From positions 113 through 64,112 of IMG/VR virus record IMGVR_UViG_3300033120_000983: a stretch of DNA of 64,000 bases. The stretch is one strand, 5' to 3'. This document shows, piece after piece, positions 44,821-54,169 of the stretch. This stretch comes from a virus. Lineage: Duplodnaviria; Caudoviricetes. Position 1 is the first letter of the stretch, and every line of letters begins with the position of its first letter. Under the pieces are notes generated by a model that was given only the letters and a program-made list of their open reading frames with translations, searched no databases and had not been told where the DNA came from. The translations under genes and the position numbers were made by a program.

Positions 44821-45507
44821 ATGGCCATCATCCTACCCGAAGCCCTCAAGGTTTTCGAAATGCCATTTCAAGGCTGGCCGAAGTGGAAGAGCATTCTTTT
44901 TACCGGCTCGGTTTCCCGGGTGGAAACGAACAACGTGAAGCATCCTGGAGAGCCGGACCCCGTGATACCGGTCAACAATTTTTCTCTGACGGGCACCAAG
45001 GAAGTAGCGCGGTGGCCCACGCCAGGGCCGGAACATTTGGGTGATGATGGTTTTATCGGGTGGGGTATGTCTTTCAGCCCGCTGTGCATGGATGGCGGCT
45101 TGATGACGCAAGGGGTCGGCACGCCTTTGGTGGAGGACGGCGGGGTGACGATGCAGTTGATCGCCTCCATGAAACCGCAGCTTGTTCCTGCGGATCGGAT
45201 GCGGGGAAGGATCGACGGCCGGCTGCTGAGTTTGAAGCCCGCGGTGGGCGGCGGCTCGCCTTCTGCTTCGCTACCCGAGCAGGACTTTTACATTGAGCAG
45301 CATCCGGCGAGTTGGGCGACCATCATCCGGTCGGCCACGGCTCCGAGCCTTGTCGAAATCAATCTCGAAGATTTGGTCGGGCTGAGTTTGGATTTCGTCG
45401 GCAGCACCCAATATCTTGCCGTCTATACGGGGGATGATCCGGATGAATTGGTGGGGACGCATTCCATCATCACGAACGCCGCGCTCAGTGTGACGTTCAT
45501 TTCCTGA
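44821..45507 (+). CDS. Hypothetical protein
   Basis: Long ORF tiling with its neighbours. Confidence 0.65.
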   Translation: MAIILPEALKVFEMPFQGWPKWKSILFTGSVSRVETNNVKHPGEPDPVIPVNNFSLTGTKEVARWPTPGPEHLGDDGFIGWGMSFSPLCMDGGLMTQGVGTPLVEDGGVTMQLIASMKPQLVPADRMRGRIDGRLLSLKPAVGGGSPSASLPEQDFYIEQHPASWATIIRSATAPSLVEINLEDLVGLSLDFVGSTQYLAVYTGDDPDELVGTHSIITNAALSVTFIS

Positions 45508-45560
45508 GTAATTGCCGAACTTTACACCTGTCGGGAAGGCCGTAGCCATGCGCTTTTGCC

Positions 45561-47753
45561 ATGACGTTTTCACAGCCCGCCCAACAGACCCCGGTCGTCT
45601 TTGAATCGACGGCGGAAGTGTTCGAAGACGAACTTTCTCAAATCCCATCGCCGGGACCGAATGATCCGCAGGTTTTGTTCCGGTCCAGCCTGGTCCTGAC
45701 CCGCGAGCGCGAGGACTTGCTGTGCCAGTATGCGAAAAGGTGGTATGACAGGCTGAACGAGCAACTTGGCCGGGAAGACACATCGATGGAGACGGGCGTG
45801 AATGGCATGGGAGCGTTTTTCGGGACGCTGGCCGGGAATGTCGAGCGCCGCGGGGAGCGCCGGTTCTTTGAAAAGCGTCTGCTCTACCAGCTCATCGGGG
45901 AAAACAACTTCGATCACCGCAAATACCTGCACCCCAACAGCATCTTTGCCCACTCAAATCTTGTTGCGCCCGTCGCGCGGCGCATCGCCACCCAGCAAGC
46001 GGCACGGGCCATCAGTTACTTTTTCGGGACCGATCCGTGGTTTTCTCAGTATCCCGTCGGCGGGGACGGCGACAAGGCATTTGCCCAACAGCTTCAAAAA
46101 CTGACCGAGACGAAATTCCGGGCATCCCGCAGCACCGATGCCCTCCGCCGCGCCGTCGAGCACTCCTTCATCGTCGGAGAGGCCATCATGAAGACGACGT
46201 TTGCCCACGACCAGGAGTTCTACCGCGAAACGCTGGTGTGCGCGGTGGGGCCCGACGGCCTGCCATTGATTGCTTCCGATGAGGAACCCATCACGCCGAC
46301 CGACACGTTTTCGATGCTTGAGGATCCAGCCCAGCCGGGGACTGGTGCCATGGTTTTCGTGCTGGACCGCGACAAACAAACGCCGGTTCCGAATCCCGAA
46401 GCCCTGAACTTCCAAGAGGTTTCGCTCGACCGTCAGGTCACGCATTACAAAGGGCCTCGGACGACGCAGGTCCACTGGCGGGACTTCCTCTGCCCGCTGA
46501 ATGCACCCAGCGTCCAGGAGGCGGAATGCGTGATTCAAGTCATCGAGCGCACGCCGTCGCAGATTGTCCAAACCTACGTCCAGGCAGAAGCCGGCGCGGA
46601 AGGATTGGAGGAAATGCAGCGTGCGGTCGCCGCCGTGCGGGACGGCATGGCAGGCACCGAGGTTTACAAGACCGGCGACCGCTCGGCGCGGCCGGAGTTG
46701 GGGGAAACGACCGATGCCGAAAGCCCGGAGTCGATCAGCGAATATGCGGAGTGCTATCTGCGGTATGACGCGGACGGCGATTTGGTCCAGGAAGACATTA
46801 TGCTGGTCATCAACCTCCGGACCGGCTTCCCGATCTTTTACGACTACGTGGCGAACGTCACCGATAACAAGCTCCGTCCTTTCACGGTCATCCGCCCGAA
46901 AGCGGTCATCAACCGGTGGTATGGGCAGGGGGCAATTGAGCAATTCGAACTGCACCAAGAGACGGTCGATTTGATGCTCAACCGCCGGAACTTCAACCAG
47001 TCCGGATCCGGCCGCGTCATCCTCTGGCGTCCCGAGTTCACCTACGAAGGCCAGAACGATCCGGAACTGGCCTACAATTGGGGGAAGACGTATCATCCGC
47101 TTCCCGGGAAGAACATGGATGAGATTCTGAAGGTCGTTTACATCGAGGACAACAAGGGGGACGACCTGACGCGCGAAATCGAATTTTTTCTCCAGCTTGC
47201 GATGAACGAGTCGGGGATTCAGCACGCCAACGATGGAAATACCGCAGGAGCAGACAGCACCAAACTGGCTACCGGAATTCACAACATCGAAAAAAGCGGT
47301 CAAGAGCTTTTTGGAGTCGTCATTGCGGAGCTCGACGGCGGCCAGAATTGGGGGATTACCGGCGTCATCAACTCGTTCACGACTTGCCTTTACAATAATT
47401 TGGACCCCGAGGAGGTCTTCGAATATTTCGAAGGAGATGCGGTCGTTGAAATGCAAGTTCCGGAGGCGAAGGGGCTTTCGATGAACGTGGAAACCCTGCT
47501 GACCCGCTATCGGGACGAGCAAATCCTCGAAAGTTCGACGCAAGCCGTCATGCTGGTCGAGAAGTATTACAGCATGCCTGGACCGCTCCAAGTGCTACTT
47601 GCTGGCATGTTCCGGGATCAACTGCAGGCCCTTCAAATTCCACGGGCATCAGATTACATCATCCCGCAGGCTGGCCCGATGCTAGCGCCGCAGGCGACCC
47701 CGGCGCCGGGCGGGGTTGTAAATCCTCCGAAACAGGGCACTCCTTTGATATGA
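45561..47753 (+). CDS. Portal protein (P22-like)
   Basis: 730 aa; V.WRDFLCP..A, YG.GAIE, QETVDLMLNRR..N, ATGI patterns of podoviral portals. Confidence 0.85.
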   Translation: MTFSQPAQQTPVVFESTAEVFEDELSQIPSPGPNDPQVLFRSSLVLTREREDLLCQYAKRWYDRLNEQLGREDTSMETGVNGMGAFFGTLAGNVERRGERRFFEKRLLYQLIGENNFDHRKYLHPNSIFAHSNLVAPVARRIATQQAARAISYFFGTDPWFSQYPVGGDGDKAFAQQLQKLTETKFRASRSTDALRRAVEHSFIVGEAIMKTTFAHDQEFYRETLVCAVGPDGLPLIASDEEPITPTDTFSMLEDPAQPGTGAMVFVLDRDKQTPVPNPEALNFQEVSLDRQVTHYKGPRTTQVHWRDFLCPLNAPSVQEAECVIQVIERTPSQIVQTYVQAEAGAEGLEEMQRAVAAVRDGMAGTEVYKTGDRSARPELGETTDAESPESISEYAECYLRYDADGDLVQEDIMLVINLRTGFPIFYDYVANVTDNKLRPFTVIRPKAVINRWYGQGAIEQFELHQETVDLMLNRRNFNQSGSGRVILWRPEFTYEGQNDPELAYNWGKTYHPLPGKNMDEILKVVYIEDNKGDDLTREIEFFLQLAMNESGIQHANDGNTAGADSTKLATGIHNIEKSGQELFGVVIAELDGGQNWGITGVINSFTTCLYNNLDPEEVFEYFEGDAVVEMQVPEAKGLSMNVETLLTRYRDEQILESSTQAVMLVEKYYSMPGPLQVLLAGMFRDQLQALQIPRASDYIIPQAGPMLAPQATPAPGGVVNPPKQGTPLI

Positions 47754-48007
47754 TCGAACCCGACAAAATCGCCGCCGGTGCCAAGTCCCTTCTTTTGTGC
47801 GAAGGCTGGAGGGACTGGTATTTGGTGGAATTGGGGGTCCGGATGGCGGCCATCGAGAAGATGTTGCTGGACGACCTATCCAAAAAAGAAACGCGGGCGT
47901 TGCGTCTGGAACATCGGTTGCTCAAGCATTGGGCGGAGCGGCCAGCGAATGCGCTGGCGACGCTGCGGAAGAAGCCGGAGGGGGTGTCAGGGAACGGGGC
48001 GGTGTAG
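47750..48007 (+). CDS. Small protein downstream of the portal
   Basis: ATGA overlap; helical. Confidence 0.6.
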   Translation: MIEPDKIAAGAKSLLLCEGWRDWYLVELGVRMAAIEKMLLDDLSKKETRALRLEHRLLKHWAERPANALATLRKKPEGVSGNGAV

Positions 48008-48179
48008 TTTGCGGGATTGGCGGGATCAGCACCCAATCACTGGACGAGAACGGATTTCTTCCCCACAAAGTGTCATCGTCACAAAGCGCGATAATTGCTG
48101 ATGGGTTGAGAGTGCGATTCTCGGTTCCGATACCGGTATCACTGGCGGGGATGGCGGTGATTTGAATGATTTTTCTCAT
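47922..48179 (-). CDS. Small hypothetical protein
   Basis: MRKIIQI...IIALCDDDTLW...W.LIPPIP common phage motif. Confidence 0.6.
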   Translation of the reverse strand: MRKIIQITAIPASDTGIGTENRTLNPSAIIALCDDDTLWGRNPFSSSDWVLIPPIPQTTPPRSLTPPPASSAASPAHSLAAPPNA

Positions 48180-48193
48180 GTTGGTGTGGCGGG

Positions 48194-48412
48194 TTAAATC
48201 TCGTAGTAGTGCGGGTGCCCACGGCCCCATGCTTCAGGGTCAAAGTGGCGAAGCTCATAGGTGCGGGTTATCATGTGCGCTTGAGGATCGACTTCCTCAA
48301 CCAGGGATCTGTCAAGTAGCACCGGCCGTTTGATGATGCGAAAAAGCTCGCGCGGCGCGCGGTCGAGGCAAACAAGCCCGTCTTTGGTGTGGAAGGTAGC
48401 GGGGATGTTCAT
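48194..48412 (-). CDS. Small hypothetical protein
   Basis: Leader motif fused to the ATG. Confidence 0.6.
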   Translation of the reverse strand: MNIPATFHTKDGLVCLDRAPRELFRIIKRPVLLDRSLVEEVDPQAHMITRTYELRHFDPEAWGRGHPHYYEI

Positions 48413-48927
48413 GACGGTTTTGGTGCGGGTTCAGGGAGAGGGATGTTGAGCAATTTCCGGGAGCGGACTTCGGCGGTGACGAGGTTGCTGGCCATGTCTT
48501 TTATGAGCCGCCATTTACGGTCCTCTGACAGCTTGCCGGCCCAGGTGCGCGTTGTCGCCCGGCGCAGCAGTTTGGTTTCCGGAATCTTCGACCATGGCGA
48601 AAGCCGGGTTCCGACCGTGAGGAGTCCGCAGCCCAGCGGAAGCTCTGCCAGCACTTTCTCCACCAGCGCCGGCGGCACCATGTAGTAAAGCTGCCGGACT
48701 TCCTTGGCGAACATCGCCGGAAACTGCCGGTGCCGCTTTTTCTGGTCGTTCCGGAAGTCGGCCATCGTGCGTTTTACCTCGATTTCGATGAGATACGAAT
48801 CCTTGGTGACTCCGAGCACGTCGGGGCTGCCGACGTGCTGCCCGCGCTCCCGCATGACGATGTGGCACTGGCGGGCGAAGCGCAGCCATTCCATTGCGGA
48901 AACCTCCAGTGGATAGTCGGGTTTCAT
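48409..48927 (-). CDS. PD-(D/E)XK nuclease, MmcB-like
   Basis: PDVLGV...IEIEVKRTMADFRND.KK...LYYMVP...LP.GCGL. Confidence 0.75.
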   Translation of the reverse strand: MKPDYPLEVSAMEWLRFARQCHIVMRERGQHVGSPDVLGVTKDSYLIEIEVKRTMADFRNDQKKRHRQFPAMFAKEVRQLYYMVPPALVEKVLAELPLGCGLLTVGTRLSPWSKIPETKLLRRATTRTWAGKLSEDRKWRLIKDMASNLVTAEVRSRKLLNIPLPEPAPKPS

Positions 48928-49085
48928 TTCACGCCGCGGTGTTGATCGTCCGGCAACGGTTTGCACTTGCAAACCGGGCACCGCTTCCGGCTGACGGGGT
49001 TCATTTTGATGTGGGACAGTTTCCCGTCGCGGCCGCGTTTAACGCAGGCGCAGGGCCAGTGGGTTTCCAGGGTGGGTTCGCTCAT
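48924..49085 (-). CDS. Small Cys-rich protein
   Basis: CAC...CPVC; ATGA overlaps. Confidence 0.5.
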   Translation of the reverse strand: MSEPTLETHWPCACVKRGRDGKLSHIKMNPVSRKRCPVCKCKPLPDDQHRGVK

Positions 49086-49843
49086 TCGAGTCCTGGGTTG
49101 GTGTTGAAAACGTGCCCCTTGGTCAAATCTCGCAGGCGCTGAAGGATGGCCGGACCCTTGTCTCGTCCAAACCTGCTCTTCAGCCATTTACTGCCAGCAT
49201 TTGCCGTCCAGTGGGTGACAAGTTGGTTATCACGGCGGGCGCTCAAAAGTTCGAAAAAGGTCTCGTCGGCGGTTTCGGTGGGGCTTCCCTTCCCAATGTC
49301 GTCGATTAAAAGGATTTGCGCGTTGTGGGCGCGGCTGACCGTCTCCCGTGCGCTGTCGGCGACCATGCGGTCATGATCGTGCCGAAGGCTGCTCGCCTGC
49401 CGGAAACCCCCGTGGCTGATTGCAAAAACCGAATGGCCGGCCACGGCGGCGCGGCGGAGAAGCAACCAGGCAACGCGCGTTTTTCCGGAACCACTTTCCC
49501 CGATGAGGGCCGCGCCTTCCGTTCCGGTCAAGGCGAGGGCAGGAACGATTGCCTGATGGAGCCGCAGAGGGTCGATGGGCGTCCGGAAGTCGATGGGGCA
49601 AAGGTCGTCCCATGTCGCCACACAGCGGGCAATCCGCTCCGCGCGGTGGCGTTTCTGCTCCTCGGCGTCGGCGCACGGGTCGCATCGGAAAAAGCTCTTT
49701 CCGGCGAACATGACTTGCTGCGCTGGTTGGCCGCAGCCGGGGCAGGTAATTTGACGGCCGGCGCTGAGCATTTTGGCAAAGCGGCTCTCCACCGCGGCGG
49801 CAATAGCGTCGGGGCTTTCTTCGGGGGTATCTGAGGTATCCAT
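49082..49843 (-). CDS. DnaC/IstB-like AAA+ helicase loader
   Basis: N-terminal CxxC...CxxC, GESGSGKT, LLIDDIGK, ILQRL. Confidence 0.85.
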   Translation of the reverse strand: MDTSDTPEESPDAIAAAVESRFAKMLSAGRQITCPGCGQPAQQVMFAGKSFFRCDPCADAEEQKRHRAERIARCVATWDDLCPIDFRTPIDPLRLHQAIVPALALTGTEGAALIGESGSGKTRVAWLLLRRAAVAGHSVFAISHGGFRQASSLRHDHDRMVADSARETVSRAHNAQILLIDDIGKGSPTETADETFFELLSARRDNQLVTHWTANAGSKWLKSRFGRDKGPAILQRLRDLTKGHVFNTNPGLE

Positions 49844-49847
49844 GGCG

Positions 49848-50726
49848 TTAAAAATCGAATCCGTGTTCTCTGTCTGTGTGGGAAACTTTGTCTTCCGGGC
49901 GGCCGAACCGTGTGGATTCCGGTGAAGGGGCGCGGAGCAAGGCTTTGACCATCGCGTAATTTTGACAGAGCGACCCGGGGTCCACGGCATCCTTGATCTG
50001 CTTGGACTGGAATGGCTTGTCTCGGACGGCGGTAAGGACTTCGCGGAAAACGGCGCCGAATTCCTTTGGGTCGCCGTTCCACGATTTCAGGAAGGTTTGA
50101 AGCTGTCGGGGGAATCGTCCAGGCATCGTGAAGTCATGGCCTTGGATTTCTCGATAGGACTCGAAAACGACCTTCATCATTTCCTGATGCCGTGAGGATG
50201 GTTCCTCTTTTTTGGATTCTGGTTTCTTTGAAGCCGCGGGCGCTTGCGCCGCAGGTTTTGCTTCTTTTTTTAAAAGAAGGTCTGCTTCTGCTTCTGCTTT
50301 TGTATCTGCTTCTGTAATGGCATTACCGGGCGTTACAGAAGCGTTACCTTTTGTTTCATTCTTGACCTTCTCCCTGAATCTCCGGACCCGCTCCTTGGTG
50401 GCCTCTCTCATCTGGTCCGCGTCTTTCACTGCTCGATAGGCTTCGTAATTGGTGATCCGCCACCCATATCCCATCCCGTCGAGCCGTTCAATTCGAGCGC
50501 CAGCATTGTCGGGGGTCTTGCTCATCGGATCCGGCTTCATCAGTTCCGCCAATCCCCACTTTGCCTCCTCCAGCGTGCAACCAACGCGGCGGGCAATGGC
50601 TGATTCAGTCATCATGACAAAACCTTTGGCGTCGGCGCACAGGAGGAGGTCAGTAAAAAAATGCCTCAAGGGCCGGTTGTCGGCTATGGAGGAGTCGAGA
50701 ATATGGGTAAACAGTTTAATGAACAT
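49848..50726 (-). CDS. Phage replication initiator (replisome organizer)
   Basis: MFIKLFTHILDSSI...wHTH, ERVRRFR linker, TEADTKAEAEA repeat; upstream of the DnaC-like gene. Confidence 0.85.
   Translation of the reverse strand: MFIKLFTHILDSSIADNRPLRHFFTDLLLCADAKGFVMMTESAIARRVGCTLEEAKWGLAELMKPDPMSKTPDNAGARIERLDGMGYGWRITNYEAYRAVKDADQMREATKERVRRFREKVKNETKGNASVTPGNAITEADTKAEAEADLLLKKEAKPAAQAPAASKKPESKKEEPSSRHQEMMKVVFESYREIQGHDFTMPGRFPRQLQTFLKSWNGDPKEFGAVFREVLTAVRDKPFQSKQIKDAVDPGSLCQNYAMVKALLRAPSPESTRFGRPEDKVSHTDREHGFDF
50314..50347. repeat. Candidate iterons/origin inside the initiator gene
   Basis: GTAATG, CATTAC, CGTTAC, CGTTAC next to TCTGCT tandem repeats (50281-50313). Confidence 0.4.
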
Positions 50727-50730
50727 GACT

Positions 50731-51288
50731 TTACAGGAACTCCGGTGGGTGACTGAGAACGGTGACGATTCCATCGGAAACGGATATTCTCCGCCCCTGA
50801 TGATCATTTTTGGAATACGGGCATGGTGCCATCAAAACCGACAAGGCTTCGGTCATTTCCAACTCAGAAACCCCCGATGCGCGCATCAGACTGGGAATCG
50901 AAATGATGGCACCATCACTCAAAGCCAGTAGCGCAATCCAAACGGCTTTTGTCCCTGGAGTCTGTGAACCCATGGGTGAACGCATGAATTGCTCAAAAGG
51001 GTTTAAAGGAACAGACACGCGCCCTCTTCCCCCAACTCGCGAAATATTCATCAACAATGGATTACCCCAGTTCGCGGCGATTATTTCGCTTTCGTGTGCA
51101 CACGCTTCCGTCCGGGATGGAAACACTTGGAGTATTGTTTTTTTGAGAGATATTCCCGACCTTTCGGCGGAGATAGGCCAAACCCCACTTCCCATATATG
51201 GATCGGCGGATGGTGGCCTTTTGCTGGACCTAGACCCGATGTAAAAACGGCCGTCCTCGGCGGATGTTTGGTAGGTGTAATGGTGCAT
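50731..51288 (-). CDS. GIY-YIG (Seg-like) endonuclease fused to an initiator-like wHTH domain
   Basis: HYTY...FYIGSR...DPYMGSG...EACAHE..II N-terminus; C-terminal half aligns with the N-terminus of the downstream initiator. Confidence 0.75.
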   Translation of the reverse strand: MHHYTYQTSAEDGRFYIGSRSSKRPPSADPYMGSGVWPISAERSGISLKKTILQVFPSRTEACAHESEIIAANWGNPLLMNISRVGGRGRVSVPLNPFEQFMRSPMGSQTPGTKAVWIALLALSDGAIISIPSLMRASGVSELEMTEALSVLMAPCPYSKNDHQGRRISVSDGIVTVLSHPPEFL

Positions 51289-51323
51289 TGTCGTTACCGT
51301 AACGTTACAAAACGTTTCACATT

Positions 51324-51500
51324 CTACAAATGCGTAAATTGGTTCTGTTCGCTGTAGGCCCTCCGCGCCGCGAGGATGCGGTGCCACTTGGTGACGGTTT
51401 GCCGTGAGACGCCGTAGCGTTCAGCGGAGACGGCGGCGCTTTCGGTGGGGTCGAGGTCCGCCGGGATGGGGATGCGCTTTCGGGAGTGGGGACGCTTCAT
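51324..51500 (-). CDS. Small HTH protein
   Basis: SAAVSAERYGVSRQTVTKW; ATGA overlap with the MTase stop. Confidence 0.6.
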   Translation of the reverse strand: MKRPHSRKRIPIPADLDPTESAAVSAERYGVSRQTVTKWHRILAARRAYSEQNQFTHL

Positions 51501-52336
51501 AGGGCGAGGACTTCTTGGGACATGCGGAGGGCGGAGATTTCGCAGTATTTTTCCTCTTTCTCGATGAGGACTGCTTTCCTGCCGATGTTTTTGGCGGCGC
51601 GTCCCGTTGTGCCGGATCCAGCGCAGCAATCCAGAACCGTCGCACCAGGATTGCTGTAAGTGGCTATGAGGTATTCGCAAAGAGCGACAGGTTTTTGCGT
51701 CGGGTGAAGCGCACTGGTTTGTTTGTCCGACGCGAACTGCAGGACACTGCGTGGGTAGCGTTCCGTGCTGTCGTAGGCGCTGGGCTTTTGCTTCCCGTAA
51801 AGCTCTGAGCGGTCCAAGTTTCGGATGGCGGTTTTGCGCTCGTGCCCCTGCGTTTTGATCGGATTGAAGATTGGAAGCTGACCGTAGAAAACCAGAATGT
51901 TCTCGTGCGCTTTCATTGGCATCTTTTGGGCATTTAGGTGGCCGGTCGCTTGTGCTTTCTCCCAAATCCACTCATAGCGAAGCCCCTCGAGGTTGGAGGC
52001 TCCGAGCACCTTGTCGAAAGGCGTTTGAGCAAATAAAACGGCCAGGTTGATCCGATTATCATTCAGGACTTCCCAAAACCGATAGAGGTTCAGGACAGAA
52101 TCCCATTTACACCGGGTGGTTCCATAGGGGAGGTCCGACAAAACGAAGTCAATATCGTGATTCAGACGCCGCATGATTTGCAGGCAGTCCCCGTGGTAGA
52201 TGGTGACTGCGCCGTCCTGATAGTAAGGCTTAGGAAGCGAAGAGCCCGATCCGCGCCCCTCTGGTGGAATTGCCTCGCCGTCACTGACGGCAGCGGGACA
52301 AACAGAAGGATGCGGATCGGGCTCTCGGGTGTTCAT
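51497..52336 (-). CDS. Orphan DNA N6-adenine/N4-cytosine methyltransferase (beta class)
   Basis: DLPYG, HPTQKP, VLDCCAGSGTT. Confidence 0.92.
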   Translation of the reverse strand: MNTREPDPHPSVCPAAVSDGEAIPPEGRGSGSSLPKPYYQDGAVTIYHGDCLQIMRRLNHDIDFVLSDLPYGTTRCKWDSVLNLYRFWEVLNDNRINLAVLFAQTPFDKVLGASNLEGLRYEWIWEKAQATGHLNAQKMPMKAHENILVFYGQLPIFNPIKTQGHERKTAIRNLDRSELYGKQKPSAYDSTERYPRSVLQFASDKQTSALHPTQKPVALCEYLIATYSNPGATVLDCCAGSGTTGRAAKNIGRKAVLIEKEEKYCEISALRMSQEVLAL

Positions 52337-52439
52337 GAATCAGTGATGGTTGAAACGACCGTGTTCCACTCCGGTCAGGCATGCGCCATGGCGGTTTATG
52401 CGCCGGGAGTTCGTTTTGGTCCAGTGATATTTTCGATTT

Positions 52440-52781
52440 TCACGCCGTCGCGTTCGCGATCGGCAGCGGATAGAGTTCGCGGTGTTTGGCAATCTCTGCT
52501 GAGCCTTCGAGGCTCGGAACCATTTCCTCCGGCTCATCGCAACGCCCTTCCCGGTAGATGTAGCAGTCCGGCCCGCATCCGCCGGATATTCCGACGTTGA
52601 AGCATTCAGACGTGCCTACGGGATAGTTTCCGGCGGCCGCGAGGGCATTTCCGTGCTGGTGGGCTTCCTCTTTGTTGGTCGGCGGCTTATTGAAAATGTG
52701 ACCGGTCGGGGACGGATCGAAATCGCCGTAGGCGAGCTTCCGTTCGGCGAGGCGGGCGGCGATGAGTTCTGATTTTGTCAT
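52440..52781 (-). CDS. Cys-rich hypothetical protein
   Basis: CFNVGISGGCGPDC...GRC; ATGA overlap. Confidence 0.6.
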   Translation of the reverse strand: MTKSELIAARLAERKLAYGDFDPSPTGHIFNKPPTNKEEAHQHGNALAAAGNYPVGTSECFNVGISGGCGPDCYIYREGRCDEPEEMVPSLEGSAEIAKHRELYPLPIANATA

Positions 52782-53491
52782 ACTGGTGTTGGGTTGGTGG
52801 CTTCGGCGAAGCGGGCTTTGCATTCTTCGATGGTGAGGTCCGTCATTTCCGCCACATCCGCCCAGGGGGTGTGCGAAAGGCGGCTGGCGACGATGAGGGC
52901 GGTGCGGTTGTCGGCGGCCTGCACGGGCGGCACCGGGGCCGGAAAGACGGCATCGGTGGACGTGTTGTGCGCCCACGGGGAAACCGGCTTTTCGATTTTC
53001 GGCTTCGGCACGTAAACCCGGACGCGCGGCGGCTTCGGCTCCTTCGGATTGGATTCCCGGGCGTAGCGGGTACATCCGCAGCTTTTCTTGCGGTCGTGGA
53101 CCAACGTGTGCGCCTTGCATTCGAATTCCTGCCCGCAACTGCACCGGCACCACCAAAAGGCACGCTTCAACTTTGACGGTGCCGGCCGCAGCACGGTGAT
53201 TTTTCCGAATAGTCTGCCGGTCAGGTCGTGCCGGTTCGGGCTGATTTTGCCGGTGTTCTTGACGCCCGTGGATTTCCGGCCGCATGGCTTGCACCTGTGG
53301 ATCACGCCGTTGCTGATGTCGGTTCCGCGGACGGTCCAAGTGGTGCCGCAGTCACAGCGACAATTCCACATAGCTTGATCCCATTTGTTCGGAGGGGCGG
53401 CGGTCAGGATCGTCAGGGAACCGTAGCGTGCGCCGGGGAGGATCGGAGGGTAGGTGGTGCGGGGTTTTCGGCTGAGGGTGTGGGTAGGCAT
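52778..53491 (-). CDS. Homing-endonuclease-type DNA-binding repeats without nuclease domain
   Basis: Two (DLTG)xxFGxLTV...WxCxCxCG repeats; no HNH motif visible. Confidence 0.7.
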   Translation of the reverse strand: MPTHTLSRKPRTTYPPILPGARYGSLTILTAAPPNKWDQAMWNCRCDCGTTWTVRGTDISNGVIHRCKPCGRKSTGVKNTGKISPNRHDLTGRLFGKITVLRPAPSKLKRAFWWCRCSCGQEFECKAHTLVHDRKKSCGCTRYARESNPKEPKPPRVRVYVPKPKIEKPVSPWAHNTSTDAVFPAPVPPVQAADNRTALIVASRLSHTPWADVAEMTDLTIEECKARFAEATNPTPV

Positions 53492-53495
53492 AGGA

Positions 53496-53837
53496 TCAAA
53501 GGAAAGAGGGTTCGGAGACGGCACCGGTTTGTTCGCGGCACCATTGCTGCCAGGATTCTTGGTCGCGGGCTTGGAATTCTGCTGGCTGGGCGGGGCTGAG
53601 ACGGTAGCGGGCGAGCTTCAACCATTGGCCGCGGCCGCCGGAGTGCAGGACATGGATAGGAAGCGGTTTTTCCATGCGGCGGTAAACAATGATGCGTTCG
53701 TTGTCCTCGGGGGCGTCGTCGAGTTCGTCCAGAGCATCGAATTTACCGTCGGGCCCGATGGTGACGCGGAGGAGCAACGGGCAACGCCGGAGTTCCATCT
53801 TCTGGTCTTTGGCTTCGCCGTCGAGGAAAGTCGTCAT
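53496..53837 (-). CDS. Conserved hypothetical protein
   Basis: FLDGEAKDQ..L.R.P..LRV...DALD..DD motif. Confidence 0.7.
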   Translation of the reverse strand: MTTFLDGEAKDQKMELRRCPLLLRVTIGPDGKFDALDELDDAPEDNERIIVYRRMEKPLPIHVLHSGGRGQWLKLARYRLSPAQPAEFQARDQESWQQWCREQTGAVSEPSFL

Positions 53838-54169
53838 GGGATCGAATTTCGTTCGCGGTAAAGTCCGAGCATGGCCTCTTTGTAATCGAATTCCTGCCAC
53901 TCGGATTCCGGGTGTGCCTTTTTGAATTGGGACAGCGCGGCCAGAGTGCAGGCAGGGCACGGGGTCATATCCTTTACGGCATCGACTCCTCCCTCGGCGG
54001 CGGATAAGAGCAAGGCCATGTGAATTTGCGTAAACCCAAATTCCTTGCACGCAAAGCATTCCCGCTCCGGATTCTTGATGCAGGTTTTCTCGTGGTCAGC
54101 GATGGCTTTTGTCATCCCTCCCTTTCGGCAGTGGTCGCAGTAGTAGCGTTTTACGAGTTTGGTGGTCAT
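53834..54169 (-). CDS. Zn-finger hypothetical protein
   Basis: YYCDHCRK...HE..C..NP.R.C..C...CPAC. Confidence 0.7.
   Translation of the reverse strand: MTTKLVKRYYCDHCRKGGMTKAIADHEKTCIKNPERECFACKEFGFTQIHMALLLSAAEGGVDAVKDMTPCPACTLAALSQFKKAHPESEWQEFDYKEAMLGLYRERNSIP

Noticed and set aside
51324-51971. 215-aa ORF overlapping the methyltransferase
   Set aside because: Only the last 58 codons (ATG 51500, HTH-like) look real; the rest is an alternative frame of the MTase.
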